A stretch of DNA of 63,681 nt, counting the filler, from Sphingomonadaceae bacterium (GTDB lineage: Bacteria > Chloroflexota > UBA6077): NCBI GenBank assembly GCA_050261575.1. It is 3 parts of 3 records of this genome, joined end to end, with 100 filler letters (N's around TTAATTAATTAA, not from the genome) between each part and the next. Parts side by side here need not be neighbours in the genome. Positions count along the whole stretch, not along the records: positions 27,926 to 54,195 come from JBLNDL010000072.1; 2 more parts are not named here. The stretch is one strand, 5' to 3'. A program made the translations under genes and the position numbers. Every line of letters starts with the position of its first letter. Position 1 is the first letter of the stretch. The notes under the pieces were generated by a model that did not search any database, was not told the origin of the DNA, and saw nothing but the letters and a program-made list of their open reading frames with translations. This document shows positions 39,499-50,232 of the stretch, one piece after another.

Positions 39499-41030
39499 TC
39501 CTCTTCCGTCCGTCTAAAGCGCAGTCGCAGGACACGCCGCGTATCCGCGGTAACCTTGAAGCGTTCGTCTATCCGGTAGCCGACCACCCATACGATCTGG
39601 TCGGAAGCCGTCACCACCGGAATCCGGTCCCGCTCCTCCCGGGGGATCTTCTCGTCCACCATGAAGTCCTGCAGCTTCTTCGGCTGGGTCATCCCCAGAG
39701 GGACGAATCGATCGCCACGCCTCCTGCGGCGGACCCACAGCTCCGATCCGGTCGTTGCGGCGTCGAGGCAGACCTCCCAGCGGCCGCTTCTAGAGCATGA
39801 TTCGTTCCGAATCCCCTCTCCGCCCCTCTCCAGCAGCTCGGCCTCCAGCACCGCACCGGACAGTGCGACGCTGCCAGGCACCGGCAGTCGCACGGGTGCC
39901 TCCGGTGCCGCCGACTCGAGGGGCGGAGGAGCCGATGGCCCCACCAGCCAGAAGGAATTATACCCCTTCTGCAGGCAGACGCCCCGAGGCAGATCGACCC
40001 GTGCGCCGACCGCGCCCCGCCGGATCACCGCCTCAGCGGCATCCACGTGTAGCCTGGAGAACTCCTCCAGGCTGCCGGCCAGGGTCGCCATCGCCTTACG
40101 CAGCAGATGCCGGCGGAGCGCCGCATCCAGTCGGTCCCACTCCCCCAGATCGAAGACTACCCGCCCCGGCTCTACCTTCGCCAGGTCGGACCAGCACCGA
40201 TCCACCACCCCGGCCACCACCGAGTACTCGTCCGAGAGCAGGTCGGCGGCGTTGCGCAGCCTATCTCTGGCCCGGGGAACGTGCTGCTCCAGCACCGGCA
40301 GCAGCTCAGCCCGAATCCAGTTTCGCCGGTAGGCCAGGTCCAGGTTAGAGGGATCCCTCCTGAAAGCGATGCCCCTGGCTCGACAGTAGCCCTCGGTCTC
40401 CACGCGGAACAGCTCCAGGATCGGCCTCACCACCGTCGCTAGGGGTCCCTCGGGTGAGGGCAGCGGCCCCGTCTTCCACTCGCCGGGCTCCAGATCCGGA
40501 CCCAACTGCCCGGGATCCATGTCCCGTCGGGGGAGGATCCCACGCAGCCCGGCGAGGCCGGCCCCGCGCAGCAGATTCATCAGCAAGGTCTCCACCGCGT
40601 CGTCGGCGGTATGCCCCACCGACACCTGTCCGGCGCCCACCTGCCGAGCCACCGCCGCCAGAAACTGGTACCTGGCGTAGCGGGCAGCCACCTGCTTGGC
40701 CAACCGGTTCCTGGAACGGTAGGCAGGGACGTCGATGGCGCCCACCGTGACGGGCAGGCTCCACTCGCGGGAGAGGTCTCGCACGTACTCTGCCTCCGCC
40801 TCCGACTGCGCACCCCGGAACATGTGGTTCAGATGTGCCACGTGGAGGTCGATCCGCAGCTCGCCCCTCAGACGGCGCAGGACATCCAGCATGCAGAGTG
40901 AGTCCTGCCCGCCCGACACCGCCACCACCACGGTGCCGGGGAGGAACAGCTCCCTGGCAACGGCGAAGCGGAGCACCCGCGCCACCACTGCCTCGGGATC
41001 CAACTCCGTCAAGAGAAGCTTCTCAGGCAT
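39495..41030 (-). CDS. tilS: tRNA(Ile)-lysidine synthetase
   Basis: AVSGGQDS, H.NH..RG, R.ARY, GH.ADD..ET, D.SN....RN.IR, C-terminal GDR..P.G..KK domain. Confidence 0.95.
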   Translation of the reverse strand: MPEKLLLTELDPEAVVARVLRFAVARELFLPGTVVVAVSGGQDSLCMLDVLRRLRGELRIDLHVAHLNHMFRGAQSEAEAEYVRDLSREWSLPVTVGAIDVPAYRSRNRLAKQVAARYARYQFLAAVARQVGAGQVSVGHTADDAVETLLMNLLRGAGLAGLRGILPRRDMDPGQLGPDLEPGEWKTGPLPSPEGPLATVVRPILELFRVETEGYCRARGIAFRRDPSNLDLAYRRNWIRAELLPVLEQHVPRARDRLRNAADLLSDEYSVVAGVVDRCWSDLAKVEPGRVVFDLGEWDRLDAALRRHLLRKAMATLAGSLEEFSRLHVDAAEAVIRRGAVGARVDLPRGVCLQKGYNSFWLVGPSAPPPLESAAPEAPVRLPVPGSVALSGAVLEAELLERGGEGIRNESCSRSGRWEVCLDAATTGSELWVRRRRRGDRFVPLGMTQPKKLQDFMVDEKIPREERDRIPVVTASDQIVWVVGYRIDERFKVTADTRRVLRLRFRRTEEE

Positions 41031-41133
41031 TTAACAGTACTCGAGGGGGGCAGGCCTGGGTGTCCGCCCGCCTGGTCTCCCCCACACCGAGGGAGCCACA
41101 CGATCTGCCCCTTCGCAGGCCCTCTCGACATGC

Positions 41134-41556
41134 TCACTCCGGCTCCACGAAGATGGAGAGCCACCGCTGCCAGTTGGGGACGTCCTGTTTCTCGGGGACA
41201 GGCGTCGGGGAGGGCGTGGGTGTGGGCAGCAGGGAGGCAGAGCGGCCATCCTCGGGCACGATCGCGGCGACGGCCACGTCGCCGGGGCGGACCAGACCCA
41301 ACTCTTCCCGCGCGACCTTTTCGATGTACTGGTCGCTGCGGAGGTACTCCAACTCCTCGGCCAGCTGGCGGTTCTCCTTCCTGAGATCATCGATCCGCCG
41401 CTCCAGAGCCCGGGCCTCTTCCCGCATCTCGTAGCCCTGCAGTGCCTTGCCACCGATGATGGCCAGCACGAACAGAACCCCTGCCGTGATCAACAGAGGG
41501 AGAATACCGTACAGAAACGCGGAGAGACGACTTGGCCGGCTCGACACTGCATCCAC
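41134..41556 (-). CDS. Septum formation initiator (FtsB/DivIC family)
   Basis: TM, coiled coil, YIEKVAREELGLVRPGD. Confidence 0.88.
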   Translation of the reverse strand: MDAVSSRPSRLSAFLYGILPLLITAGVLFVLAIIGGKALQGYEMREEARALERRIDDLRKENRQLAEELEYLRSDQYIEKVAREELGLVRPGDVAVAAIVPEDGRSASLLPTPTPSPTPVPEKQDVPNWQRWLSIFVEPE

Positions 41557-41604
41557 CCACCCGGATGGATACTATCCGAGCCGCATCCCATAGTCAATGA
41601 CAGC

Positions 41605-42756
41605 CTACCCCGTTCTCCTGGCCCGCGCGATCCGCCTCCCCGCAGCCGGGTGGGTGTAGAACAGCAGCTCCACCCATCGGGGCGGCCACAGCTCCGCCAG
41701 GTTCTGCTTTGCCAGCCGGTACATGGCAGAGGCATACGCCTCCGGCATCCCGCTCGTCCGCACGGCGAAGCGATCGGCCAGCGCCTCCCGGTGGCGGGAG
41801 AAGGCGTTGGCAAGCGGCATCAGCGCGATGGAGGCAACCTCCCCCAGGACGATCAGCAGCGGCAGGTTTGCCGGCACCGAGATGTCCCCGATGCCCCCTG
41901 CCAGGAAGAGGGGCCTCACCGCCTCCTGGAGCAGAAAGAGGCCCACCCAGATCCCCCCGATCTCCAGCAGCAGCCCCTTCCAGATGTCGCCGTGGACGTG
42001 GTGCCCCAGCTCGTGTGCAACCACGGTCTCCACCTCGTCCCGGCTGAACTGCCGCAGCATGGTGTCCCCCAGCAGCACCTGCCGGGTGCGTCCGATCCCC
42101 GCGAGGGCGGCGTTGGCCGCCACTGTGCGGCGGCTCAGGTCGATCGCGCACACCTTCGAAACGTGCGCCCCCACACGGTCGGCAAGCCTCTCGATGCGCT
42201 CCGCCAGCTCTCGGTCCTCCAATGGAGAGCACTTGTAGAAGAGCGGAAGCAGCAGCACCGGCGCCACGAAGGTGAGCAGCAGCGCCACCAGGCTGAGGCC
42301 AGTGGCCAGCACCCACCACCAGTCGTTGGGCAGCAGGTGGATCGCCAGGTAGAAAGCCCCAAACCCGGCCACGAAGAAGAGGGTGCCGAGGAGGGTGGCC
42401 TTCGCCCAGTCCGCCAGCCAGCCCCGCAGGTCCTGGCGGGAGAGGCCGAACCGGTGCTGCAGGTGGAACCCGCCGTACCAGGAAAACGGCAGGAACAGCA
42501 GCACGACGATCGCCTGGTAGGCGAGCAAGAACGCTGGCGCAGCCAGCCAACCCGGCCCGGCCGGGGCGGGCAAAGCGTCCGCGAGGGCAGCGGACCCACC
42601 CAGGCGCCAGAAGAGGAAGGGGAACAGCAGGCAGAGGGCCGTCCTCGCCCCGTGCAGCCTCAGCCGAGCCCGAGCGAAATCCCGGGCCTTGCGCTGCCAC
42701 CCCTCATCGGATTCTAGTGACCCCTCGTGGTCCTCGTCACAGTCGATGGTTTTCAT
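41605..42756 (-). CDS. M48 (Ste24p-like) membrane metallopeptidase
   Basis: NAA..G.G.TR...L.DT, VAHELGH, SR..E..AD, THP...RI. Confidence 0.92.
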   Translation of the reverse strand: MKTIDCDEDHEGSLESDEGWQRKARDFARARLRLHGARTALCLLFPFLFWRLGGSAALADALPAPAGPGWLAAPAFLLAYQAIVVLLFLPFSWYGGFHLQHRFGLSRQDLRGWLADWAKATLLGTLFFVAGFGAFYLAIHLLPNDWWWVLATGLSLVALLLTFVAPVLLLPLFYKCSPLEDRELAERIERLADRVGAHVSKVCAIDLSRRTVAANAALAGIGRTRQVLLGDTMLRQFSRDEVETVVAHELGHHVHGDIWKGLLLEIGGIWVGLFLLQEAVRPLFLAGGIGDISVPANLPLLIVLGEVASIALMPLANAFSRHREALADRFAVRTSGMPEAYASAMYRLAKQNLAELWPPRWVELLFYTHPAAGRRIARARRTG

Positions 42757-43119
42757 CGAAACTCCAGCGGGAGGAGATGTGTCTCAACATGGTGAAGGCA
42801 GCATTTGGGCCAGGCACGGCTGGACCGGGAGGATCCCGCGCGCACGAGTTCCGGGCGGGGAGGGCTGATCTCCGCGGCCGGCTCCGGCCTGCTGGTCATC
42901 GTCGCCGGCCTGCTGCGCTGCCTGCCCTTATCGCAAGGGTCCTCCGGACCTCCCTGGAGGTGGCCGCCTGGATGGAGGCACCTATCGGGGCGGTGGCGGC
43001 CACCGCCGCCATCGCTCCGGGACTCGGCCGCCATCCGCCGCCGGCGAATCGTGTTGGAGGTTCGGCTCGAATCAGGTGGAGCACGAGTACCGCGCCCATA
43101 CTATACTGCCGGCGACGTC

Positions 43120-43145
43120 CGAACGTGCGGCACACCGCCTCGTCA
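43120..43145 (+). promoter_or_regulatory. Possible ECF-sigma promoter upstream of sppA
   Basis: CGAAC-16 nt-CGTCA. Confidence 0.35.
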
Positions 43146-43171
43146 CCCCGCCAAGAGTGGAGGGAAGTGAA

Positions 43172-44107
43172 ATGCGCACTAGAGTCATCGGCTTGCTCAT
43201 CTTTACCCTCTGTGTGCTCGGCACACTGGCCGCTGTGGCAGTCGCCGCGGGCCGAGGCTCCGGTCCCGCTGGCGCCCCCGGGCTGCCCTTGGCCGGCGCC
43301 GATGCCGTGGCCCTCATCAAGCTAGATGGCACGATCACCGACGCAACGGTCGCCCCTTACCGCAGCGGGCGCGACCGCGACAACGTGTATGCCCAACTGC
43401 AGAAGGCCGAGCACGACGACAGCATCAAGGCTGTGGTGCTGCGCATCAACAGCCCGGGCGGCAGTGCGGCCGCCTCCCAGGCGATCTACGACCAGATCCG
43501 CCGCATCCAGGCCAGGGGCAAGAAAGTGGTGGCACACCTCACTGACGTGGCCGCCTCGGGTGGCTACTACGTGGCCGCGGCCAGCGACAGGATCGTGAGC
43601 CAGCCGGCCGCCCTCACAGGCAGCATCGGGGTCATCATCACCTCGATGGATCTGCGTGGCCTGTACGAGAAGATCGGGGTCCAGGATCGAGTCATCAAGA
43701 GCGGACCCTACAAGGATATCCTAAGCCCCACCCGGGACATGACGCCAGACGAGCAGGCGATCCTGGAGAAGCTGGTGCAGGACACCCTGGACCAGTTCAT
43801 CAAGGTGGTGGCCGAGGGTCGCAACCTGGACGAGGCGGAGGTGCGACGAATCGCCGATGGGCGTGTATTCAGCGGCAAGGAGGCGCTCAACCTCCGTCTG
43901 GTGGACGAACTGGGCGACCAACATCGAGCGATCCAGTTGGCGGGCGAGCTGTCCGGCCTCGGCAAGGAGCCCCGAGTGGTGCTGTTCGAGCAGCCCCGCA
44001 GCCGCGTAGGGCTGCTCGACCTCCTGGGCAGTGCAACCTCCCAGCTCGAGCTAGATCGCCTGATCCCAGAGCCGGGCATCGGCGTACGTTACGAATGGAG
44101 GGGCTAG
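43172..44107 (+). CDS. sppA: Signal peptide peptidase SppA (S49, short form)
   Basis: LRINSPGGS, AASGGYY, TGSIGV, KSG.YKD, ADGRV.SG..A...LVD.LG. Confidence 0.93.
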   Translation: MRTRVIGLLIFTLCVLGTLAAVAVAAGRGSGPAGAPGLPLAGADAVALIKLDGTITDATVAPYRSGRDRDNVYAQLQKAEHDDSIKAVVLRINSPGGSAAASQAIYDQIRRIQARGKKVVAHLTDVAASGGYYVAAASDRIVSQPAALTGSIGVIITSMDLRGLYEKIGVQDRVIKSGPYKDILSPTRDMTPDEQAILEKLVQDTLDQFIKVVAEGRNLDEAEVRRIADGRVFSGKEALNLRLVDELGDQHRAIQLAGELSGLGKEPRVVLFEQPRSRVGLLDLLGSATSQLELDRLIPEPGIGVRYEWRG

Positions 44108-44110
44108 CAG

Positions 44111-44833
44111 ATGCAGGAAGGACCCGATCTGGAGGCGCAACGAGAGATGCAGGAATCGGTTAGCCCGGCGGAGGCGCGGACAACCCAGGAGAGGTTCCAC
44201 CCGCTGGACGCGGCCATAGGCGTCCTGATCCATCCGGTGGCGGCCATGCGGCGGATCGCCGCCGCGCGGCCCTGGGCGATCGCCCTGCTGCTGAGTATGG
44301 GCATCGCCCTGCTGCAGGCGCTGGCGGGGCTGACCTCCCCGCTGCCAGGTACCGACGCCAACCCCGAGCTTCCCCCCGGCACGGGCGACATCCCCCTGCA
44401 GGGTCTCGTGGAGGGCATCCGGTCGCCCGTGGGCATCGCTCTGCAGGTACTGGTGGCCACCCCCGTCCTGCTGCTCCTCGGCACCGGAGTCCTTTACCTG
44501 CTGGGCCGGCTGCTCGGGGGCCGGGGCCCATTCAGCGCCCTGCTCTCTACCTTGTCCTTCGCCGAGATGCCCTACGTTCTCCTGGCTCCGCTGACAGCCT
44601 GGTTGAACCTGGCCGGGAGCGTCTTCCCATTCCTAGGCGGGTTGATCGGCCTGGGCTTCAGTATCTGGACGATGGTGCTGGCGGTGATCGGCATCCGCGA
44701 AAGCCTGGCCCTCTCCACCGGGCGGGCGATGGCGACGTTGCTGATCCCGGTCCTCGCCATCTTCGTACTGGCCACCTTCCTGGCTATCCTGGTCGCGATC
44801 CTGACCGTGGGCGCCTTCTTCTCGATGCAGTAG
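44111..44833 (+). CDS. Yip1-family membrane protein (YknW-like)
   Basis: VL..P...., LLGG.G.F, W......GIR....LS.GRA; about 5 TM. Confidence 0.85.
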   Translation: MQEGPDLEAQREMQESVSPAEARTTQERFHPLDAAIGVLIHPVAAMRRIAAARPWAIALLLSMGIALLQALAGLTSPLPGTDANPELPPGTGDIPLQGLVEGIRSPVGIALQVLVATPVLLLLGTGVLYLLGRLLGGRGPFSALLSTLSFAEMPYVLLAPLTAWLNLAGSVFPFLGGLIGLGFSIWTMVLAVIGIRESLALSTGRAMATLLIPVLAIFVLATFLAILVAILTVGAFFSMQ

Positions 44834-44862
44834 GCATCCCTCAGGTTCGCACGATCCGACAG

Positions 44863-44902
44863 TTAACACTCATTTGACGGTTCTACAACGGTCCCTTAGC
44901 AT
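44863..44902 (+). promoter_or_regulatory. Promoter with 11-bp-period direct repeats (OmpR/PhoB-type box)
   Basis: TTAACA-N5-TTGACG-N5-ACAACG; TTGACG-17 nt-TAGCAT. Confidence 0.5.
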
Positions 44903-44945
44903 AGGGCTTCCATACTGATGGAGTTGGTCTGTCCCTTGTGGTAGA

Positions 44946-44971
44946 GGCAGACACCGAATTCGGTGTCTGCC
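44946..44971. repeat. 26-bp perfect palindrome in the MFP leader
   Basis: GGCAGACACCGAATTCGGTGTCTGCC. Confidence 0.8.
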
Positions 44972-45003
44972 CTCTCGATAATGGCTGGAGGAACCGCTGG
45001 ATC

Positions 45004-46896
45004 ATGAAAGTTGCCATTCCCTTCGGCAAGCCGCCCCGCATGGTCGGTCTCCACCCCAGGAAGCTGTCCCGTAGGCGACTGGCCATCCTGTCTGTGGCCG
45101 TGCTGCTCATAGCCATCGCCGCCTTTCTCGGCTACCAGCGCATGACGGCCGGGGCGGTGGCCACCCCAGCCGTGCAGACAGTGCCCGTCCGCAAGGGCTC
45201 GCTGGTCTCGACGGTGAGTTCCACCGGGAGCGTGGTGGCCACGCGACAGGCGAAGCTGGGCTTCTCGGCCAGCGGCTCGGCGAGCGGCAAGCTGATCGAG
45301 TTGAACGTCAGCTTCGGCGATGCGGTGAAGGCCGGGCAGGTGCTGGCCAAGCTGGACCCCGTGCCCTTCCAGGTGGCCGTCGACAAGGCCGAATCGGCGC
45401 TGAAGATCGCCAAGAGCGACCTGGAGGAGTTGACGAAGGGTGCGAGCCCCGACGAGATCGCGTCGGCCAAGGCTTCCTACGAGTCTGCCCAGGCCAAGTA
45501 CGACAGCGTGGTAGCGGGCGCCTCCGCCGCGGACATAGCCTCCGCCCAGGCATCCGTGGATCAGGCCAGGGCCAACCTGGAGCTGGCCCAACTGAAGCTG
45601 GAGCGGTTGGAGAAGAACACCTACACCCAGGCCGAGTGGATCGCCGCGCAGTCTGCGGTGGACACTGCCGCCTCGAACCTGAAGAAGGCCCAGGCCGACC
45701 TGGAGGAGGTGAAGAAGGGGCCCACGCAGTCGGAGATAGCCGCCCAGCAGGCAGCGGTGAACCAGGCCAAGCAGTCGCTGACCTCGGCCCAGGACAGGTA
45801 CGAGATGGCCAAGGGGGACAACCTCAAGGACTCGGGCTACTCCAGTGTGTCGGCGGCGCAGCAGGCGTACGAGAGCGCGAAGGCGAACTACGAGTCGGCG
45901 GTGCAGAAGTTGAACGACCTGCTGGCCAAGCCCCTGCCGAAAGAGGTGGACGCTGCGCAGGCTGCGGTGGATAAGGCGGAGGCGGACCTGCAGAGGGCGC
46001 AGGCGGAGCTGGAGCAGATGAAGCAGGGGCCGGATCCGATCGAGCTTGCCTCGGCCAGGAACAGCGTGGAGCAGGCCAAGGCCACGCTGGCAACCGCGGA
46101 GGCAAAGCTGCAGCAGTTGAAGGACGGGCCCACGGCGGCCGAGCTGAAGAGCGCCGAGAGCGCCCTGGCCGCCGCGAAGCTCGATCTCGCCAAGAAGACG
46201 GGACCGCCGGATACGACGACCCTGCTGAGGGCGCAGGAGGCGGTGAAGCAGGCGGAGGTGTCGTTGGAGCAGGCCAAGAACGACCTGGAGAAGGCGACCC
46301 TGGTAGCCCCCTTCGACGGCATCGTGGCGGCGGTGAGCGGCAACGTGGGCGAGATGGTCGGCTCGGCCACGGTGGTGACGTTGGTCGACCCCAACTCCGT
46401 GCGGATCGACGGCACCGTCGACGAGAGCGACGTGGCCAAGATCGTCGCCGGCCAGCCGGTATCGGTGACTTTCGACGCCCTGCCCGACCAGCAGTTGCGT
46501 GGCAAGGTGATCGCGGTGGCGCCCACCGGCACGGCGCAGCAGGGCGTGGTGAGCTACCAGGTGTCCGTCGCCATCGAGGCACTCGGCCGGACCCTGCCCG
46601 CCGGCATGAGCGCCAGCCTCACCATCGAGACGGAGCGCAAGGACGGGGTGCTGCTCGTCCCGAACCGCGCCGTCCGCACCCAGGGGCGTGTCAAGGTGGT
46701 CGACTTGATGGGCGAGGGAGGTAAGCCGGTCACCAAGACAGTCCAAACGGGGTCGTCGAACGATCAGGTGACCGAGATCGTGTCCGGCCTGAACGAGGGG
46801 GACCTGGTGATCGTACCATCGACCACCATCCGGAGCGTCAACGGCAGGGCCGCCGGACCGGGGGGCCCCGGCGGCACCATGATCATCGCCAGGTAG
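45004..46896 (+). CDS. Membrane fusion/adaptor protein (MacA/YknX-like) with greatly extended coiled coil
   Basis: TM; G.L....V..GD.VK.GQVLA.LD; L.APFDG.V; V.E.DV..I..GQ; LPAGMSA; VPNRAV; EI.SGL.EGD.V. Confidence 0.9.
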   Translation: MKVAIPFGKPPRMVGLHPRKLSRRRLAILSVAVLLIAIAAFLGYQRMTAGAVATPAVQTVPVRKGSLVSTVSSTGSVVATRQAKLGFSASGSASGKLIELNVSFGDAVKAGQVLAKLDPVPFQVAVDKAESALKIAKSDLEELTKGASPDEIASAKASYESAQAKYDSVVAGASAADIASAQASVDQARANLELAQLKLERLEKNTYTQAEWIAAQSAVDTAASNLKKAQADLEEVKKGPTQSEIAAQQAAVNQAKQSLTSAQDRYEMAKGDNLKDSGYSSVSAAQQAYESAKANYESAVQKLNDLLAKPLPKEVDAAQAAVDKAEADLQRAQAELEQMKQGPDPIELASARNSVEQAKATLATAEAKLQQLKDGPTAAELKSAESALAAAKLDLAKKTGPPDTTTLLRAQEAVKQAEVSLEQAKNDLEKATLVAPFDGIVAAVSGNVGEMVGSATVVTLVDPNSVRIDGTVDESDVAKIVAGQPVSVTFDALPDQQLRGKVIAVAPTGTAQQGVVSYQVSVAIEALGRTLPAGMSASLTIETERKDGVLLVPNRAVRTQGRVKVVDLMGEGGKPVTKTVQTGSSNDQVTEIVSGLNEGDLVIVPSTTIRSVNGRAAGPGGPGGTMIIAR

Positions 46897-46910
46897 GGGC
46901 CTTCAGAGGC

Positions 46911-47663
46911 ATGATACAGGTAAGGCAACTGACCAAGACCTACAGGATGGGAGAGATCGAGGTACACGCGCTCAGGGGCGTGGACCTGGATATTGAGGAC
47001 GGGGAACTGGTGGCGATCATGGGCCCCTCCGGCTCCGGCAAGTCCACCCTCATGAACATACTCGGCTGCCTGGACCAGCCCACCAACGGCTCCTATCTGC
47101 TGGACGGGATCGACGTCGGCAGCCTCTCCGACGACCAGTTGGCGGAGATCCGCAACCGGAAGATAGGCTTCGTCTTTCAGAGCTTCAACCTGCTGCCGCG
47201 GAGGACCGCCATGGAGCAGGTGGAGCTTCCCCTCCTCTACTGTAAGGGAGATCACCGGCGCAAGCGCGCCGAGGAGGCCCTGGCCGCCGTCGGTCTGGCC
47301 GACCGGGCCCATCACAAGCCGACGGAGTTGAGCGGCGGGCAGCAGCAGCGCGTGGCGATAGCGAGGGCGCTGGTCACCAATCCCTCCATCATCCTGGCAG
47401 ACGAGCCCACCGGCAACCTGGACACCAAAGCCAGCCTGGAGATCATCGCCACCTTCCTGAGGCTCAACGCCGAGATGGGGATCACCGTCGTGTTCGTCAC
47501 CCACGAACCCGACATAGCGGGCTACACCCGCCGCACCATCCACATCCGCGACGGCCAGGTCAGCAGCGATGATCGGTGCGACCCGTCGGAATGGCAGAGG
47601 AGGGTGGAGAAGCTGGGTCCCCTCGCCCCCCATCCCCCGGTCGCTAGTGGAGGTGAGCGGTGA
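46911..47663 (+). CDS. ABC transporter ATP-binding protein (MacB/LolD/YknY type)
   Basis: [36 protein letters not shown]. Confidence 0.95.
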   Translation: MIQVRQLTKTYRMGEIEVHALRGVDLDIEDGELVAIMGPSGSGKSTLMNILGCLDQPTNGSYLLDGIDVGSLSDDQLAEIRNRKIGFVFQSFNLLPRRTAMEQVELPLLYCKGDHRRKRAEEALAAVGLADRAHHKPTELSGGQQQRVAIARALVTNPSIILADEPTGNLDTKASLEIIATFLRLNAEMGITVVFVTHEPDIAGYTRRTIHIRDGQVSSDDRCDPSEWQRRVEKLGPLAPHPPVASGGER

Positions 47664-48919
47664 ACCTGGCCGAGAGTCTTCGAGTCGCCATGGGGAGCCT
47701 CGTGGCCAACAAGATGCGCTCCGCCCTCACGATGCTGGGCATCATCATCGGCGTGGGGGCGGTGATCGCGCTCATGTCCATCGGCAGGGGCGCCCAGGCC
47801 CAGGTGACGGAGCAGATCCGTGGGATGGGCACCAACCTGCTCTTCATCACCCCTGGGGCCATCCGAGAAGGTGCCGTGCGCCAGCAGGCCGGTTCCGCGC
47901 CCACCCTCACTTTCGAGGACGCCGAGGCCATGGCGGTGCCCGACGCGATCCCCGAGGTGGCTGCCGTGGCCCCCGAGTTGACCACCGGCGGCCAGGTAAT
48001 CGTCGGCAACAACAACGTCTTCTCCCGTGTCATCGGCGTCACCCCAGAGTACGAGCAAGTGCGCAACTACCGTCCGGCCAGCGGCAGCTTCATCACCAAG
48101 CAGCACGTGGAGGGCAGATCCCTGGTGGCCGTGCTTGGAAGCAACGTGGCCCAGAGCATCTTCCCAGACCAGGATCCCGTCGACCAGTGGGTGAACATCG
48201 CCTTCGGGAACCGGAGGCTCCGGCTCCGAGTGGTGGGGGTACTCGAGTCGAAGGGGGCCCAGGCCATGGGCAACCAGGACGACCTGGTCTTCGTCCCCAT
48301 CACCACCCTCCAGCAACGAGCCTTCGCCCAGCGGACGGTCCGGGGCGGCCACATGGTCTCCACCATCAACGTCCAGTTGGTGAGCGAGGACAAGGCGGTA
48401 ATGCAGTCGGCCGTCGAGAAGATCGGGGAACTGCTGCGCCAGCGGCACAAGGCCGTGGAGGACGACTTCACCATCCGGAGTCAGGAGGACATGCTGGCCA
48501 CGGCGAACCAGATCATGGGGGTAATGACCATGCTGCTCGGGTCCATCGCGGGCATCTCCCTGGTGGTGGGCGGCATCGGCATCATGAACATCATGCTGGT
48601 CTCCGTGACGGAACGGACCCGAGAGATCGGTATCCGGAAGGCCGTGGGGGCGAAGCGCCGGGACATCCTGGTGCAGTTCCTGGTGGAGTCCGTCGTGGTG
48701 AGCGTGGTAGGTGGAGCCATCGGGATCCTGCTCGGATCGGGCCTCTCAGCGCTGATCGGAAGCCTGGACTTCGGGGGCCAGAAGATGCAGACCGTGGTCT
48801 CCCTCGACGCCGTCCTGCTCGCCTTCGGGGTCTCCACCGCCATCGGCGTGTTCTTCGGGATCTACCCGGCCAGCCGGGCCGCGCGCCTCAATCCCATCGA
48901 GGCCCTGCGATACGAGTAG
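47660..48919 (+). CDS. ABC transporter permease (MacB/YknZ type)
   Basis: [58 protein letters not shown]. Confidence 0.95.
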   Translation: MNLAESLRVAMGSLVANKMRSALTMLGIIIGVGAVIALMSIGRGAQAQVTEQIRGMGTNLLFITPGAIREGAVRQQAGSAPTLTFEDAEAMAVPDAIPEVAAVAPELTTGGQVIVGNNNVFSRVIGVTPEYEQVRNYRPASGSFITKQHVEGRSLVAVLGSNVAQSIFPDQDPVDQWVNIAFGNRRLRLRVVGVLESKGAQAMGNQDDLVFVPITTLQQRAFAQRTVRGGHMVSTINVQLVSEDKAVMQSAVEKIGELLRQRHKAVEDDFTIRSQEDMLATANQIMGVMTMLLGSIAGISLVVGGIGIMNIMLVSVTERTREIGIRKAVGAKRRDILVQFLVESVVVSVVGGAIGILLGSGLSALIGSLDFGGQKMQTVVSLDAVLLAFGVSTAIGVFFGIYPASRAARLNPIEALRYE

Positions 48920-48926
48920 AAACCAC

Positions 48927-48958
48927 GATCGTCCCGCTCGCAGGCGAGCGGGACGATC
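48927..48958. terminator. Perfect hairpin between convergent genes
   Basis: GATCGTCCCGCTCGC-AG-GCGAGCGGGACGATC. Confidence 0.65.
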
Positions 48959-49715
48959 ACACCATGCTGCCCAAGGTCTGCCAGACGACGGCTGCCCAGA
49001 AGTGCACCCCCACCGCGGCCACCAACCCCTCCTTCAGGTACTGTCCACCCGCCGCCAGCCCCAGCAACACGTTGAGGGCGGGCATCTCCACCAGAGTGAA
49101 GACGGGGATCTCGCCAACGGTGGAAGCACCGGTGAGCGCCATCATCGCCGGCAGCCCGGCGGCCGCGAAGGTGAGGGCCGCGGCCAGATTGGCGACCCCA
49201 AGGATGGCATTGCCCCCCACCCAACGCCACAGCACCAGGTCTAGGAGCATCGCCCACACGCCAAGGACCAGCATCCGGAACAGGATCTCCTCGCCGATGC
49301 TCGCCGTCGCCGCAGCGAAGAGCCAGAGTGGAAAGGGCTGTTGAGCCAGCCTCTCGCCGAGGTGGAAGAGGGCGAACGCCCCGTCCACTGCCGCAAACAC
49401 CAGCCCCACCTGCAGACCCGTCTTTAGAGGATCCCAGAACCACGCCCTCCATCCGGCCCACTTTCGGTAGATCCCCACCAGGCCCAGCTTGCCCGCGATC
49501 GAAATCCCGATCTTCCCCGCGACACCGTACACCACCAGGATCGCCACCGCGTTGGCAAGACCTAGCTGCCAGCCAGCGATCGGGATATCGGGAAGGGGAA
49601 CAACGCGAATCTCGGTCAGTTGACTGGGGGGAAACCAGAGGTAGCAGTACAGCACCAGCAGTGAGTCGATCGTTACGAGGGTCCAGAGTAGCTTCGACTG
49701 TCTTCGGACGGCCAT
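48957..49715 (-). CDS. CPBP/Abi-family intramembrane protease-like protein
   Basis: GEEILFR motif 1 and late GL.AA...H motif; multiple TM; motif-2 His missing (FAAAG). Confidence 0.72.
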   Translation of the reverse strand: MAVRRQSKLLWTLVTIDSLLVLYCYLWFPPSQLTEIRVVPLPDIPIAGWQLGLANAVAILVVYGVAGKIGISIAGKLGLVGIYRKWAGWRAWFWDPLKTGLQVGLVFAAVDGAFALFHLGERLAQQPFPLWLFAAATASIGEEILFRMLVLGVWAMLLDLVLWRWVGGNAILGVANLAAALTFAAAGLPAMMALTGASTVGEIPVFTLVEMPALNVLLGLAAGGQYLKEGLVAAVGVHFWAAVVWQTLGSMV

Positions 49716-50232
49716 TATCCTCTCATGCTCCCGAGCATCCGACGTAGTCGTGCCGTTACGGCGGTCCCGACCGATGTGGACAGTGCAAGGTACAGGCAGC
49801 AGCAAGTGAGCGGACTCGCGATGGGAAGGGCAGGATTCGACCGAACTGGAAGCGCAGCGGGGCATCCCTCAGGATGCTGCGACCTGTACTATAACTATGG
49901 AGAGCGAAATGTCAACCACTGGCGCGGCTCCTCGTGGGAGGGTCTGAGAGCGCCCAACGCGACCTGTGTGGGGGAAGACCTGGCTGCTCGGTGTGACCCC
50001 ACGGACACCTTCGATCACACTCATCCCCAAAGGGCCCGAAAGACCGGATCGACCTTTCGGCACCGCAGGTGGCACGTTCACGGATGAATGCCCTCCCGCC
50101 TGGCGGGGCAATACGACAAACTCGGTAGCAGCGATCCACCTTTCGACTGATGCCCCGCACTGGCCTCCACCGTAACCTGTCGTTCAGAACGGTAGAGCGG
50201 GAATGTAACTCGCAAAGGGAGCGTTCGGACGA

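Noticed and set aside
42780..43060. Hydrophobic peptide fragments in two plus-strand frames, possible decayed membrane-protein gene
   Set aside because: No recognisable family motif or clean start; cannot be supported without a homology search.
49716..50232. About 500-nt intergenic region with a small hairpin (CCGAAAG/CTTTCGG), possible riboswitch or sRNA
   Set aside because: No match to riboswitch consensus that I can recognise.
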